A stretch of DNA of 64,000 nt from a virus (lineage: Duplodnaviria; Caudoviricetes): IMG/VR virus record IMGVR_UViG_3300034122_000625, positions 1,191 through 65,190 of that record; one strand, given 5' to 3'. The notes beneath the pieces are model-generated. The model was given only the letters and a program-made list of their open reading frames with translations. It made no database searches and was not told the DNA's origin. Below, one piece after another: positions 48,401-56,589 of this stretch; the first letter of the stretch is position 1; each line of letters starts with the position of its first letter. A program made the translations under genes and the position numbers.

Positions 48401-51256
48401 CTGTATGAAGGTGAGGCTCCCACCCCGGAGATGAGGGATGCATTCAGTAAGTTCAAGAAGTGGATTACGGAGATATACAGCGCCATCAAAGGCACTCCGC
48501 TACAGCTTGAGCTGAATGACAACATGAGACGGATATACGAGAATATATTCGCCACTCAGGAGCCAGAGAACATAACCCACAATCAACAGCCCATCAACGG
48601 CGTACTGTATCAAGGACCTACAAATGCACAGGGGCAGAGCACTTACTCTCCCTCAAACATGAGCTCCTTCCAGACGTACTTGCTGGCATTTAGACGCAAG
48701 TGGCAGGACAAGTATGCTGAGGTTATGTGGTTCCAAGATGACATCAAGAAACAGGGCAAAAAAGTAACAGAGTCCGCCGACTTCAGGATGGCAGAAGACC
48801 TGATGCACGGGCGGACAAGGAATGACATGGATAAGGTTGAGCAGCAGCTTGAAGAGGCTCAGAAGTTCATGAGAAAGCACGGCCTTACATCAGACGACTT
48901 GTCAGACTATCTGTACGCCCTCCATGCACCATCTCGTAATCAGGCCATCTTGGATAAGTATGGGAAGGTTGACGGCTCCGGTATGTCTGATGCTGAAGCT
49001 GATGCCATCCTTAACGATTTGAGAGCGAAGTATGACCCAAATATCCTTGAACAGGCGGCTGACTACTTTCGCGATATGCTTGCGAACAACAGACAGGTTA
49101 TGTCTGAATTCGGGCTTGAAACGCCTGCCATACTTGATGACTTTGAACAAAACGAGACTTATGTTCCCTTGTTCGGTATTGCCACAGACGAGATGTCAAC
49201 TGACACGACCGTCTACCCCACTGGAGGTGCAGGTATACACGTATACGGACACGTCAGCAAGAAAGCTAAGGGTAGAAAGAGTAGGGCCACCAACGTCCTT
49301 GCAAACATAGTATCCGCCTCTCTCGCTCTTAGAATCAAGGCGCGTAAGAATGAATCCCTGTTGTCACTGTACAACCTTATTCAGGATAACCCGAGCGATG
49401 CTTGGGAGGTTGTGTCCGACTCGAAGACAGGTGATGAGGCAAGCGTTGGTGTTCGCATAAACGGTGAGCAGCACTTCATCAGATTTGCAGACCCCAACAA
49501 GGCTAAGCAGCTAAAGAACATGGGGATTGACAGCGTCAACTGGTTCAATAAGGCTTTGAGAGTTTTGCCTACCAGTTGGTTGCGAAAGTCGTTCACCGTG
49601 TACGACCCAGAATTCGTTATCTCAAACTTCTTAAGAGACTTGGAGGCGGCCATATTGAATGCCGCAGCTGAAGCTGAAGAAGGGGGTATAACTGAAGGCG
49701 TAGACCTGTCCAAGGATATAGCCAAGATTAAGAAGAATGTTTGGCCAACCTTTAGGGCTTTGGTTAAAATAAACTTTGGTGGGGTTGCTGACCCGACAAT
49801 CAATCAGTATTACGAGGAGATGAAGGAAGATGGCGGCATCACAGGGTGGGTGCAGCTAAAGACCTTAGGGGATATGGCCGCAGACATTCAGAACGGTATA
49901 GACCCAAGTAACGTTAGGATAGCTAAGGATAAACTCGGAAGCGTTTTTACATACATCGAGAAGATGAACGATGCTGTGGAGCAGGCTGTGAGATTGACAG
50001 CTTACATAGCCGCTCGTGAACGTGGAATATCTCGGAACAAGTCAGCGCAGCTTGCAAAGAACTTGACGGTAAACTTTAACCGGTACGGCGAACATGGCAT
50101 CACGCTCAACCAGTTCAAGATGTTCTTCAATGCATCGGTTCAAGGTTCCTACAGAGTCCTCACTACGCTTGGCAAAACAAGAAAAGGCCCGGGACCCTTT
50201 TACAACAGACTTACGAAGTCTCAGAAACTTGCAATTGGTTTGTTCCTTATGAACTCAACCATCACGGCCTTTAATATAGCCATGAGTGATGACGATGAGG
50301 ATGATGTCAGCTTCTACAAGAAGATATCGGACAATGATAAGCAGCGTAACCTGATTCTCATGTACGATGGGCAGAACTTCATAAAGATACCTATGGCCTA
50401 TGGATTTGGTGTCATAACCAGTTTTGCTGAGGCTGTTACCTCTACCGCTATGGGGGTTAGAGATGCTGATGATGCTGCTTGGTTTACGCTATCTTCCCTC
50501 CTAAACTCATTCTCCCCGATTCAGTTTGGAGACTACACCACAATTGAGAAGTCAATCACCACACTGATAACACCATCAGGCTTGGCTGCTGTAACAGAAT
50601 CTGCTCTGAATGAAACTTTTATGGGTTCTCAGGTGTACAGAGAGCAGCTGCCGTTTGGTACACCAGCCCCAGAGTATCAGCTCGGATTTAAGTCACCTAT
50701 GTGGCTCAGAGATGCCACAAAGACCATCAACGAGATGACGGGTGGTAGTGAGTATGTTCCGGGAGATATAGACATAAACCCAGACAGAATATATCACTAC
50801 TACAACTTCTACATCGGCGGGTTGGGTAGGTTTGTGGGTAGAAGCGGCGAGGCTATCCTGTCCACAAAAGAGATGATTCAGAGTGGAAAGGCTATACGGA
50901 TGAGTTCCAATGACTTGCCCATGCTTAGGAAGATATACGGGGAGCCATCTCGATTCTACGACTACAGGCTGTTCAACGAAAACCTTACGGAGAGCAAACA
51001 GCTTCTCGACGAGTACGAAGACCCAGCCACGAGGAGCAGCGACAAGGACCGGTATGGAAAGATATACACCATTAAGCAGGCTCGATTGGAAGCAGAGAAA
51101 AAGCTGAAGGACTTGAGAGCTCAACTGAGACAGGCTGAAAAGATGGAGGACTACGTGGAGAGAAAGAATACTGTATTCGAGTTGTACGAGAAGCAGCGTT
51201 TGGTTATGGCAGAGTTCAATAAGCTATACAATGAGAAGGGACCGAAAAAAGATTAA
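42419..51256 (+). CDS. 2945-aa large polyvalent/ejection protein
   Basis: Gly/Ala membrane-like segment; GrpE-like, SAM-lyase-like and ART-like segments; HELAH zincin-like domain; C-terminal LPD38-like region (NLTVNFNR.G...FFNASVQG...KIPM.YG). Confidence 0.8.
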   Translation: MNENYQQLYGYLSQNGLTDLSSDEFYNSYSSNKANFNQLYAYLAENKMTDLGADDFYAAYFEPPAGAKKKSQSSPSYTPPSRGYLPGDELVRQIAEAPSEPVYPNVRRAQVVRQMLENTTLLDVDQNVLQSYGLDESDWRTAQVAYALDNTEQDVQVASQAIQDRSYEQALAEAKLKAQEAFIPQLLKNTFPNSPNLFRAAEWLFEPQYGPMGNATADFMLELVDSSVRAVAGGLTTNDAATEAFNVFAEKGVGLSRESTDRLYNAVTAAQGFQERYGQSESMLEWSAEIEEAKRNGDSELLAALFATAKNPMVLPEIMVNSYASVFNKASIAAAATTTGGFIAGGAGAGAVGGPAGAAGGALVGAASSVPWAMGAAFTALEVGMTFPELVRAEMEERGMEFNKENFYAALNNDEIYNSALARSAARGTAIGVVSALGARAATQVSKNLANRGMSSVGRTFSVAPIEMGAGFSGEVLGQAAGGQEIDLAEATMEGLAEIGMAPVAVAGAYAEDLAAKKPKYKVGTNTVGREEIERVVTAATPEELKQMSLTVENDSEMEALIDDKMFRSEIADRVPETLGSEDRRRIINLEAEKRQIQNRKTDSFTGTEGAMAIAGKERVAQIDEEIYGIMNPAPEPLQPITLDIEPIATPEIVTEPAPTLEPVFVADLVNRPVTLTSHNGTLLETPVQGDLYVDGQTVVVESADRIYEIGNVSELNEQDSRALGIEPQVETVVVQADESLVIENEEFLIQRDLPTMGIDYDADGNVTRVSLESKKDGSKKMFSGQTAIDAAYQILLSKAESPEQIDRIDKILEQDEEYKRLHDEYVAKKLAERDEKPREAAAAPQARPDTDTGASAKPSESKPVAKPEPKKTPPLKEKEAPQPKPANKVVDRLTRLLSIETDPVRMSSLVAQLEQAAAMGVVLPEKSAKELREAKEQLEAGGYVSETPQVGSDYDPNTTDEVVMVTSTELPAGQKKVVSVTRPRVTQNGRVKQSAKLVVAVGTADPTALSTGRARGELETLSNPRNTKQLQSTYEKLWGMTPEKAKAAAAISDKMIGTMAARHGISKKDMYARIKWVKSKSVDANGNSVPDTDGPVVRFQARIEDSKRGITMQFFAGGPELEQRKQDGNLDDNAPLSTIYDKTGVLFHTPDKAGGFIISKDGKNIVEGQGGMYFPLLPGFFENRYFWASTEGAANGMADSLNRAAQMSKDGKVRMVLVSTNLNKLSGGSGINQGLVRMLQSFMEDKKFPLLQSDVKSILIAANAALGRPPAGKPDGPRAVLNADVKGSMNVKQIIDVILDKLSPESSSFPDRWAFFEGVAMGLSKVASEDPKKKKAIVELLNTISGLEEWGPKKNPKKKLFKKDVLVALHSAFSEPVLRVVGDSLDTDKKLGTNNERVYAVIEADVNPDDPANTFEAISPKYEGLPEHASYPRVIRLVNQDARTTVRILNERAPWYNLAINPATGRTPEENERLKIFPFGFTNNPLSTTSISEDPTDVNLIPLTSSAIDTKAVTKNTKAEVDRIKGLPENEEDGATFNNDGTKLELAQGAIVPVASFNTTQEELTPEMISEFLDSMRGVFSTQTVRFGLYKFPDSTKVSIDINIVVDENNRDEAIKFARYAGQKSVFFMSDFSTAETGASGKNPKTFSIEQYAEIARRLEDGTIDTFIQGNNPYSLPEEISDVLTDDGNGNYVFRHYSEERRDVIKPGSGQNIRTSRDEASAIGSVGGLAMYYVDDSRDVGGNVPHIVKVPKDKVYYYNEDALDFFSEAKKRYSERTGLRNFLNYNQELAWITKVANERGFEMVISEWSVGNAKLRAQTTMTLEPIEGDFEMNSNKRTPPNIVKGDNILIDGYRYVVVNSQIINGRREIEYTNTSLSNTQKQFVDLMVDGNGNPNVTRNRFTYEVIDANGNVVRQNKGQVYFQDQRAAIVMSGTEAVIHAISNPDVTSPLHELAHLYEQVLTDEERQQILDWTGQEQWNGDTSEAFAEGFEKFLYEGEAPTPEMRDAFSKFKKWITEIYSAIKGTPLQLELNDNMRRIYENIFATQEPENITHNQQPINGVLYQGPTNAQGQSTYSPSNMSSFQTYLLAFRRKWQDKYAEVMWFQDDIKKQGKKVTESADFRMAEDLMHGRTRNDMDKVEQQLEEAQKFMRKHGLTSDDLSDYLYALHAPSRNQAILDKYGKVDGSGMSDAEADAILNDLRAKYDPNILEQAADYFRDMLANNRQVMSEFGLETPAILDDFEQNETYVPLFGIATDEMSTDTTVYPTGGAGIHVYGHVSKKAKGRKSRATNVLANIVSASLALRIKARKNESLLSLYNLIQDNPSDAWEVVSDSKTGDEASVGVRINGEQHFIRFADPNKAKQLKNMGIDSVNWFNKALRVLPTSWLRKSFTVYDPEFVISNFLRDLEAAILNAAAEAEEGGITEGVDLSKDIAKIKKNVWPTFRALVKINFGGVADPTINQYYEEMKEDGGITGWVQLKTLGDMAADIQNGIDPSNVRIAKDKLGSVFTYIEKMNDAVEQAVRLTAYIAARERGISRNKSAQLAKNLTVNFNRYGEHGITLNQFKMFFNASVQGSYRVLTTLGKTRKGPGPFYNRLTKSQKLAIGLFLMNSTITAFNIAMSDDDEDDVSFYKKISDNDKQRNLILMYDGQNFIKIPMAYGFGVITSFAEAVTSTAMGVRDADDAAWFTLSSLLNSFSPIQFGDYTTIEKSITTLITPSGLAAVTESALNETFMGSQVYREQLPFGTPAPEYQLGFKSPMWLRDATKTINEMTGGSEYVPGDIDINPDRIYHYYNFYIGGLGRFVGRSGEAILSTKEMIQSGKAIRMSSNDLPMLRKIYGEPSRFYDYRLFNENLTESKQLLDEYEDPATRSSDKDRYGKIYTIKQARLEAEKKLKDLRAQLRQAEKMEDYVERKNTVFELYEKQRLVMAEFNKLYNEKGPKKD

Positions 51257-51692
51257 GGACACCAAGGTAGGTAAGTGGCTCAAAGAGAAGGCTCCAGACG
51301 TTCTGGATACTGTCGGAGAGCTTCTGCCTGACCAAGGTGCCTTGGGGGTAGTCAAGAGACTGATAGACCTTGAGCCTAACATGGACGCCGAACAAAAGAT
51401 GGAGTTCAACAAGATGCTCATGGAGTACGAGTCTAACGCTCAGGACAACGTCACTGAACGGTGGAAGGCGGATATGTTGTCTGACTCTTGGCTGTCAAAG
51501 AACATTAGGCCCATAATGCTCTCATACTTAGTCCTATCGTTCACTATATTTGTTGTGTTTGATAGCATTGAGTCTGTTTCTTTTGAGATAAAAGAGGCTT
51601 ACATAGACGTACTCAGTGTCTTGATGACAACAGCATTCACAGCTTACTTCGCAGGAAGGTCTTATGAAAAGGTTAAACTGAACGGACGATGA
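51231..51692 (+). CDS. holin (3TM-family-like)
   Basis: VTERWKADM.SDSWLSKNIRP, two TM helices, AYF.GRSYEK. Confidence 0.8.
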   Translation: MRRDRKKIKDTKVGKWLKEKAPDVLDTVGELLPDQGALGVVKRLIDLEPNMDAEQKMEFNKMLMEYESNAQDNVTERWKADMLSDSWLSKNIRPIMLSYLVLSFTIFVVFDSIESVSFEIKEAYIDVLSVLMTTAFTAYFAGRSYEKVKLNGR

Positions 51693-52897
51693 CAATTGAA
51701 TACAAATGGTACGACAGATTGGCCATAGGCTTGATTCTGTTTTGGGTCTTGATGGCCTTCTGCGCCTCGCCAGCGGCAGCGCAAAACAAGGTGGTGGAAG
51801 AGTGCGTAGAGCTTGGATACGATGGCAACATTCTCCCAGACAACTACGGGGCAAACAGAAACTATAACTACCCAAAGCATATCCGGTGTGTGGTTCACGT
51901 ACTGCATGACGAGTTCTTTGTCGGCAGCGAGATAAGCATGGACATCATTGTGGATGCAATCGAACAGCTTAACGTAGACTTCATCGGGACAGACATAACG
52001 TTCGAGCTTGTCGATGTAACTTACACAGACTTAGACGTTTACCCTTGGGCAAGTGGTTACAGGTCTACAGCATCCAATGCTGTTTGCTTCCCTACTTACG
52101 GGAATCATATGGCTATGTGGACCAATGATGTAAAGCGGAATACGGCAGAATACTGCAACATATACGTTGCCCCAGACTTCTGCTCCACCATCCTCGGGTT
52201 CGCTTGGGTAACCTTTATCCCATACTCAGTCCTTGATGGGGTGTGGGTGGAGACAGAGGTGTTTGGTACATACGGAGAGCATCTTACTTTCAGGGATGAG
52301 AACGAGACTCTCACCCATGAGATGGGGCACTACTGTGGCCTGCATCACGTGTTCAGGGATGGCAACGGAACAGTATCTCAGTGCGGACAGAACATCGGCC
52401 CATGCGACACGAGTGGTGACTTTGTGTGTGACACCCCACCGACCAAGGTTGCTTATGGCTGCCCCGGAATAACTGGCTACTACTGCCCAGAAGCCACGTA
52501 CATGGGGGCTCAGTATTTCGCCAACAACCACATGGACTACTGTGCCGAGGAGTGCAGAGACGTCTTTACTTCCGGTCAGATAGACAGGATGCACGCTATG
52601 CTCAATTATCAGCGCTTTCAGTTGTTTGACGAAGGCGTGTACTGCTTCGGAGACCTCAATGCAGACTGCATGGTGGGGACAGCAGATATGCTCATCGTGC
52701 TTGCCAACTTCGGGTGTGAGTTCTGTTCAGACGGTGACGTAGACTTGAACTACGTGGTGAACACAACAGACTTGATGTACATACTGAATACATGGGGGGA
52801 TGACTGTGGATGCGGTGCACCTCAGCCGTTCAATGAGTTTGGCACAAAGCCTGAGGACACATACGAGTTGCTAAATAAACTGATGCAGCACAGATAA
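51689..52897 (+). CDS. exported M43 (pappalysin/ulilysin-like) zinc metallopeptidase with dockerin-like C-terminus
   Basis: Signal peptide; THEMGHYCGLHH, D.VCDTPP, NHMDY Met-turn, FT.GQ..RM; two GD.N/D...V...D repeats. Confidence 0.88.
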   Translation: MTIEYKWYDRLAIGLILFWVLMAFCASPAAAQNKVVEECVELGYDGNILPDNYGANRNYNYPKHIRCVVHVLHDEFFVGSEISMDIIVDAIEQLNVDFIGTDITFELVDVTYTDLDVYPWASGYRSTASNAVCFPTYGNHMAMWTNDVKRNTAEYCNIYVAPDFCSTILGFAWVTFIPYSVLDGVWVETEVFGTYGEHLTFRDENETLTHEMGHYCGLHHVFRDGNGTVSQCGQNIGPCDTSGDFVCDTPPTKVAYGCPGITGYYCPEATYMGAQYFANNHMDYCAEECRDVFTSGQIDRMHAMLNYQRFQLFDEGVYCFGDLNADCMVGTADMLIVLANFGCEFCSDGDVDLNYVVNTTDLMYILNTWGDDCGCGAPQPFNEFGTKPEDTYELLNKLMQHR

Positions 52898-53028
52898 TGG
52901 CAAAGAAGACAGGTTCTGAGAAGATTGTCCTTAGCAAGAAGAAGAGTGTCGGCAGACACAGCAAGAGTGCTTCTGTGAACAAGGGTAGTGATATGTACAC
53001 CAAAAAGTATAGAGGTCAAGGCCGATGA
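52897..53028 (+). CDS. small basic protein, 43 aa, ends KYRGQGR
   Basis: Hand translation; coupled at both ends. Confidence 0.6.
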   Translation: MAKKTGSEKIVLSKKKSVGRHSKSASVNKGSDMYTKKYRGQGR

Positions 53029-53162
53029 AACTCATAAAGAGAAAGGACGGCTCATACTCCAAGAGAGGTCTGTGGGACAACATAAGAGCCAACAGAGGTT
53101 CCGGCAAGGAACCCACCAAGGCCATGCTTGAACAAGAGAGGAAAATCCGAAACAAACAGTAA
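53025..53162 (+). CDS. small basic protein, 45 aa (GLWDNIRA)
   Basis: Hand translation; ATGA overlap. Confidence 0.6.
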   Translation: MKLIKRKDGSYSKRGLWDNIRANRGSGKEPTKAMLEQERKIRNKQ

Positions 53163-53163
53163 C

Positions 53164-53358
53164 ATGAGAGTCAAGAGAAGGACCAAAGAGAAAGGTACTT
53201 GGACGGTTGGAGTGGACGATGAGACTGTCGATGTCAAGGGCAGGATGGTTACCGTCAAGGATAAAGAGGGGAGAGTAAAGACAAGAAAGTTCGTTGGACG
53301 CGGTGAGCTGGCTGACGGAACCAAGATGAAGGTGAGGGACAAAACCCGCTTCAGATAA
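53164..53358 (+). CDS. small basic protein, 64 aa
   Basis: ATG start within ORF 53128-53358. Confidence 0.55.
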   Translation: MRVKRRTKEKGTWTVGVDDETVDVKGRMVTVKDKEGRVKTRKFVGRGELADGTKMKVRDKTRFR

Positions 53359-53362
53359 TCGC

Positions 53363-53872
53363 ATGAGAAGACGGGGAATCCCCAAGGGCATAGCTCGTAG
53401 CGACAGCAGAAAGAAGAGTCTCGGCAGGTACAAGTCTCAACTGGAGAAGTATTGTGCTGAGCGCCTTGCTCACGAGAACCTTTCATTTGAGTACGAGTCA
53501 AGGGAGTACGTCTTGCAGAAGCCGTTTCACTACAACGGAATCTATTACAAGATGACCAAGGGCTCTCAGGTGCTGGCTAAGAAGACGAATAGCGCCGTAC
53601 TGGCTATCAAGTACACCCCAGACTTTATAGGGGCTCAGTACAACTTCATCATAGAGACCAAGGGGTTTGTGCATGACCAGCACACGTTCCTCCTTCGGTG
53701 GAAGATGTTCTTGGACTACCTCATGAAGAACGAAGAAGAGCCCCCGGCTTTGTTCCTACCAAAGAACAAGCAGCAGGTGGACGACACAGTCAAGTTAATT
53801 GTAGAAATGATAAAAGATGGACGCATTAAACCTATCGCAGATATACGCTCTGGCAACCCATCGGATTGCTGA
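53363..53872 (+). CDS. endonuclease I-like/DUF1064 PD-(D/E)XK nuclease (possible resolvase)
   Basis: S.LE...F.YE...YTPDF...IIETKG. Confidence 0.75.
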   Translation: MRRRGIPKGIARSDSRKKSLGRYKSQLEKYCAERLAHENLSFEYESREYVLQKPFHYNGIYYKMTKGSQVLAKKTNSAVLAIKYTPDFIGAQYNFIIETKGFVHDQHTFLLRWKMFLDYLMKNEEEPPALFLPKNKQQVDDTVKLIVEMIKDGRIKPIADIRSGNPSDC

Positions 53873-54050
53873 GGCGGCCACGGAACTGTACGAAGAGTTG
53901 CACGACTACAAGGGTAGACCTGTAGAGCACAAGCAACACATAGACAGCGTCATAAAAAAGTTCAGGATGTCTGCATCCATAGAGCTTGATATGATTCAGC
54001 AAGCCGTCATAGAATACAATGAAGGTGAGCAACTTCCTAAGAGACAGTGA
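53817..54050 (+). CDS. hypothetical protein
   Basis: ORF track. Confidence 0.55.
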   Translation: MDALNLSQIYALATHRIAEAATELYEELHDYKGRPVEHKQHIDSVIKKFRMSASIELDMIQQAVIEYNEGEQLPKRQ

Positions 54051-54507
54051 GGTTGGGAAGGAGGGGGAGGAGATGTGGGCTAAGTACCTCGTCTCGTTAG
54101 GGAAGACTGTCTCTTGGCCGGATGAGGGTAAGTCTTACTGGGACATGATGGACTGTGATGGGGTCAAGTATGAGGTGAAGTATGACCTCAAGGCTACCTA
54201 CCACTCCACCAGATACAAGAAGCCCCCCAACCTGTTTATAGAGTACTGGAGCCCCAAGCGAGACGCCCCTGCCGGAATCATGACGTCTGAAGCGGATATA
54301 CTTGTGTACATAGTCAGGTGGTATGATATAGGTTATACGGCGTACAAGTTTGACAGTCAAAGGTTTATGGAGCACCTCATATCTAACGAGTACGAGGTGA
54401 AGGGAGGAAAAAACTCTGGGAAGACGAGCGCCGTAGGATGGGCTGTGCCAATTGAAAAAATTATACAAAGGCTCGATAGCGGGTTTATAGACGCGGTGAT
54501 TCTGTAG
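54019..54507 (+). CDS. PD-(D/E)XK restriction-endonuclease-like protein
   Basis: G..GE...D...YEVK.D...N..IEY...GI..SEAD. Confidence 0.65.
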   Translation: MKVSNFLRDSEVGKEGEEMWAKYLVSLGKTVSWPDEGKSYWDMMDCDGVKYEVKYDLKATYHSTRYKKPPNLFIEYWSPKRDAPAGIMTSEADILVYIVRWYDIGYTAYKFDSQRFMEHLISNEYEVKGGKNSGKTSAVGWAVPIEKIIQRLDSGFIDAVIL

Positions 54508-54540
54508 TATATTGCAAGCCGTTTCTAAAAAAATCCCCTT

Positions 54541-56442
54541 ATGTCAAACCCAGATTTTGCCCCCATTCCTTGGGGGGAAGTAGGCTATCCCGTCTACAAA
54601 AGAACCTACTCTCGACCTGTACCCATGTCCGACAGGACTGAGGAATGGCCGGAGACTGTTGCTCGTGTCGTTGAGGCTTGTAACAGCCAGTTGCACTGTG
54701 ATTTTAACGATAAGGAGAAGCGCGAGCTGACCGAAATCATGATGAACCTGAAGGGCACTGTGGCCGGTAGGTTCCTGTGGCAACTCGGTACCACGACAGT
54801 AGACAGACTGGGGTTCCCCTCCTTGCAGAACTGTGCCTTCGTAGTTGTAGACAACAACATCCGCCCGTTTACATGGGCCTTTGAGATGCTGATGCTCGGC
54901 AGTGGGGTTGGATTTAACATCCAGAAGAAGTACGTCAGTATGCTGTCTATCCCATACTCAGACATCAAGATTGAGCGTGTAGACAGAGGTGACGCCGACT
55001 TCATTGTCCCTGACAGCAGAGAGGGGTGGGTGGCGCTGCTTGAGAGGGTCTTGATATCACACTTTGTGACTGGTAAGGGGTTCACCTTCTCAACACAACT
55101 GATTCGCCCTAAGGGTTCACCCATCAGTGGATTTGGGGGTACTGCGTCAGGGCCTGATGACTTGGTGTGGGGCATGATGGAGATTAACAAACTCATCAAC
55201 GGCAAGCATGGCGCTCCGCTGACATCTGTGGATTGCCTCGACATCATGAACATCATTGGGCGTATCGTAGTGGCTGGTAACGTCAGACGCTCTGCTCAGA
55301 TTGCCATCGGTGATGCAGACGACATTGATTACTTGAAGGCCAAGCGATGGGACCTCGGCAATATCCCCAACTGGAGAGCCATGTCCAACAACAGTGTCGT
55401 GTGTGACGACATCGACCAACTGCCTGAAGAGTTCTGGTATGGGTATAACGGGAATGGAGAGCCTTACGGCATCATCAATCTGTCTGCTACTCGCCGTATG
55501 GGACGGACAGGTGAGACTCAGTATCCAGACCCAACGGTTATGGGATTCAACCCGTGCGCTGAGCAAGGGCTGGCCAACTTTGAGACCTGCTGTCTGGCTG
55601 AAATCTATCTTCCGAATATCACCTCATCTGATGAACTAAAGAAGGTGGCTCGGTACCTGTATAGAATCAACAAGCACAGTCTCGCCATCAAGTGTGCCGT
55701 AGAGGAGACAGAGGACATCGTGCATGAGAATATGCGTATGGGTATTGGTGTCACCGGTTACCTTCAGGCTACCGATGAGCAGCGCTCATGGCTGAGTGAC
55801 TGCTACGTGTATCTCAGAGCCTATGACAAGGAATACTCTAAGCTGTGTGGCTTCTCTGAGAGCGTAAAGATTACCACTGTAAAGCCATCAGGCACGTTGA
55901 GCCTGCTTGCAGGTGTAACTCCCGGCGCCCACCCAGCTTACAGCCAATACTACATCCGTAGAATTCGTATGGCTACAGACACTCCGTTGGTGCTTGCTGC
56001 CAAGAAGAACGGCTACCATGTTGAGTATGTAAAGAACTTTGATGGTACGGAAGACCTTGGCACACAAGTGGTTAGCTTCCCATGTAAGTTCCCAGTTGGC
56101 ACCAGACTGGCGAATGACATGAGCGCCATTGACCAGCTCGAGGTTATCAAAGAGCTTCAGGCTGTGTGGTCTGACAATGCCGTATCTGTAACAATCTACT
56201 ACAGACTCCATGAGCTTGAGGACATCAAGGAGTGGCTGCGCCAGAACCTGTACAACGTGAAGTCTGTATCCTTTTTGCTGCACAGCGACCACGGCTTCGT
56301 TCAGGCCCCCCTCGAGGAGATTACAGAGGAGCAGTACCTCGAGATGTCATCTAAGGTTACCCCCATCAACAGCATTGAGCAGATGGACATGAGTGACTTC
56401 GACATTGCTGACTGCGACTCAGGCGCGTGCCCTGTGAGATGA
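54541..56442 (+). CDS. nrdJ: class II (B12-dependent) ribonucleotide reductase, monomeric RTPR type
   Basis: LQNC, GNVRRSA, NPCAE, TTVKPSGT, C-terminal CDSGACPVR; no nrdB nearby. Confidence 0.92.
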   Translation: MSNPDFAPIPWGEVGYPVYKRTYSRPVPMSDRTEEWPETVARVVEACNSQLHCDFNDKEKRELTEIMMNLKGTVAGRFLWQLGTTTVDRLGFPSLQNCAFVVVDNNIRPFTWAFEMLMLGSGVGFNIQKKYVSMLSIPYSDIKIERVDRGDADFIVPDSREGWVALLERVLISHFVTGKGFTFSTQLIRPKGSPISGFGGTASGPDDLVWGMMEINKLINGKHGAPLTSVDCLDIMNIIGRIVVAGNVRRSAQIAIGDADDIDYLKAKRWDLGNIPNWRAMSNNSVVCDDIDQLPEEFWYGYNGNGEPYGIINLSATRRMGRTGETQYPDPTVMGFNPCAEQGLANFETCCLAEIYLPNITSSDELKKVARYLYRINKHSLAIKCAVEETEDIVHENMRMGIGVTGYLQATDEQRSWLSDCYVYLRAYDKEYSKLCGFSESVKITTVKPSGTLSLLAGVTPGAHPAYSQYYIRRIRMATDTPLVLAAKKNGYHVEYVKNFDGTEDLGTQVVSFPCKFPVGTRLANDMSAIDQLEVIKELQAVWSDNAVSVTIYYRLHELEDIKEWLRQNLYNVKSVSFLLHSDHGFVQAPLEEITEEQYLEMSSKVTPINSIEQMDMSDFDIADCDSGACPVR

Positions 56443-56542
56443 AGAACATACCTCAGTGCTGGGTCAGCCAGCTGTATTATGGCCTGACGGATATACCCAT
56501 CATTAAGGGTTGAATCAGGGGATAATGAATGAATAATGCATC

Positions 56543-56569
56543 AAAAAAGGGGCTTAGTGCCCCTTTTTT
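56543..56569. terminator. bidirectional intrinsic terminator at the convergence of the two arms
   Basis: AAAAAAGGGGC-TTAGT-GCCCCTTTTTT. Confidence 0.85.
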
Positions 56570-56589
56570 ACTTCATTAAACTTCCACTA

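Noticed and set aside
56439-56513. 24-aa ORF after nrdJ (MKNIPQCWVSQLYY...)
   Set aside because: ATGA overlap is suggestive, but it is too short to support without homologues.
29829-56558. Shared TTAG loop in three terminator hairpins as an antitermination signal
   Set aside because: Only three cases, and adequately explained as a stable loop.
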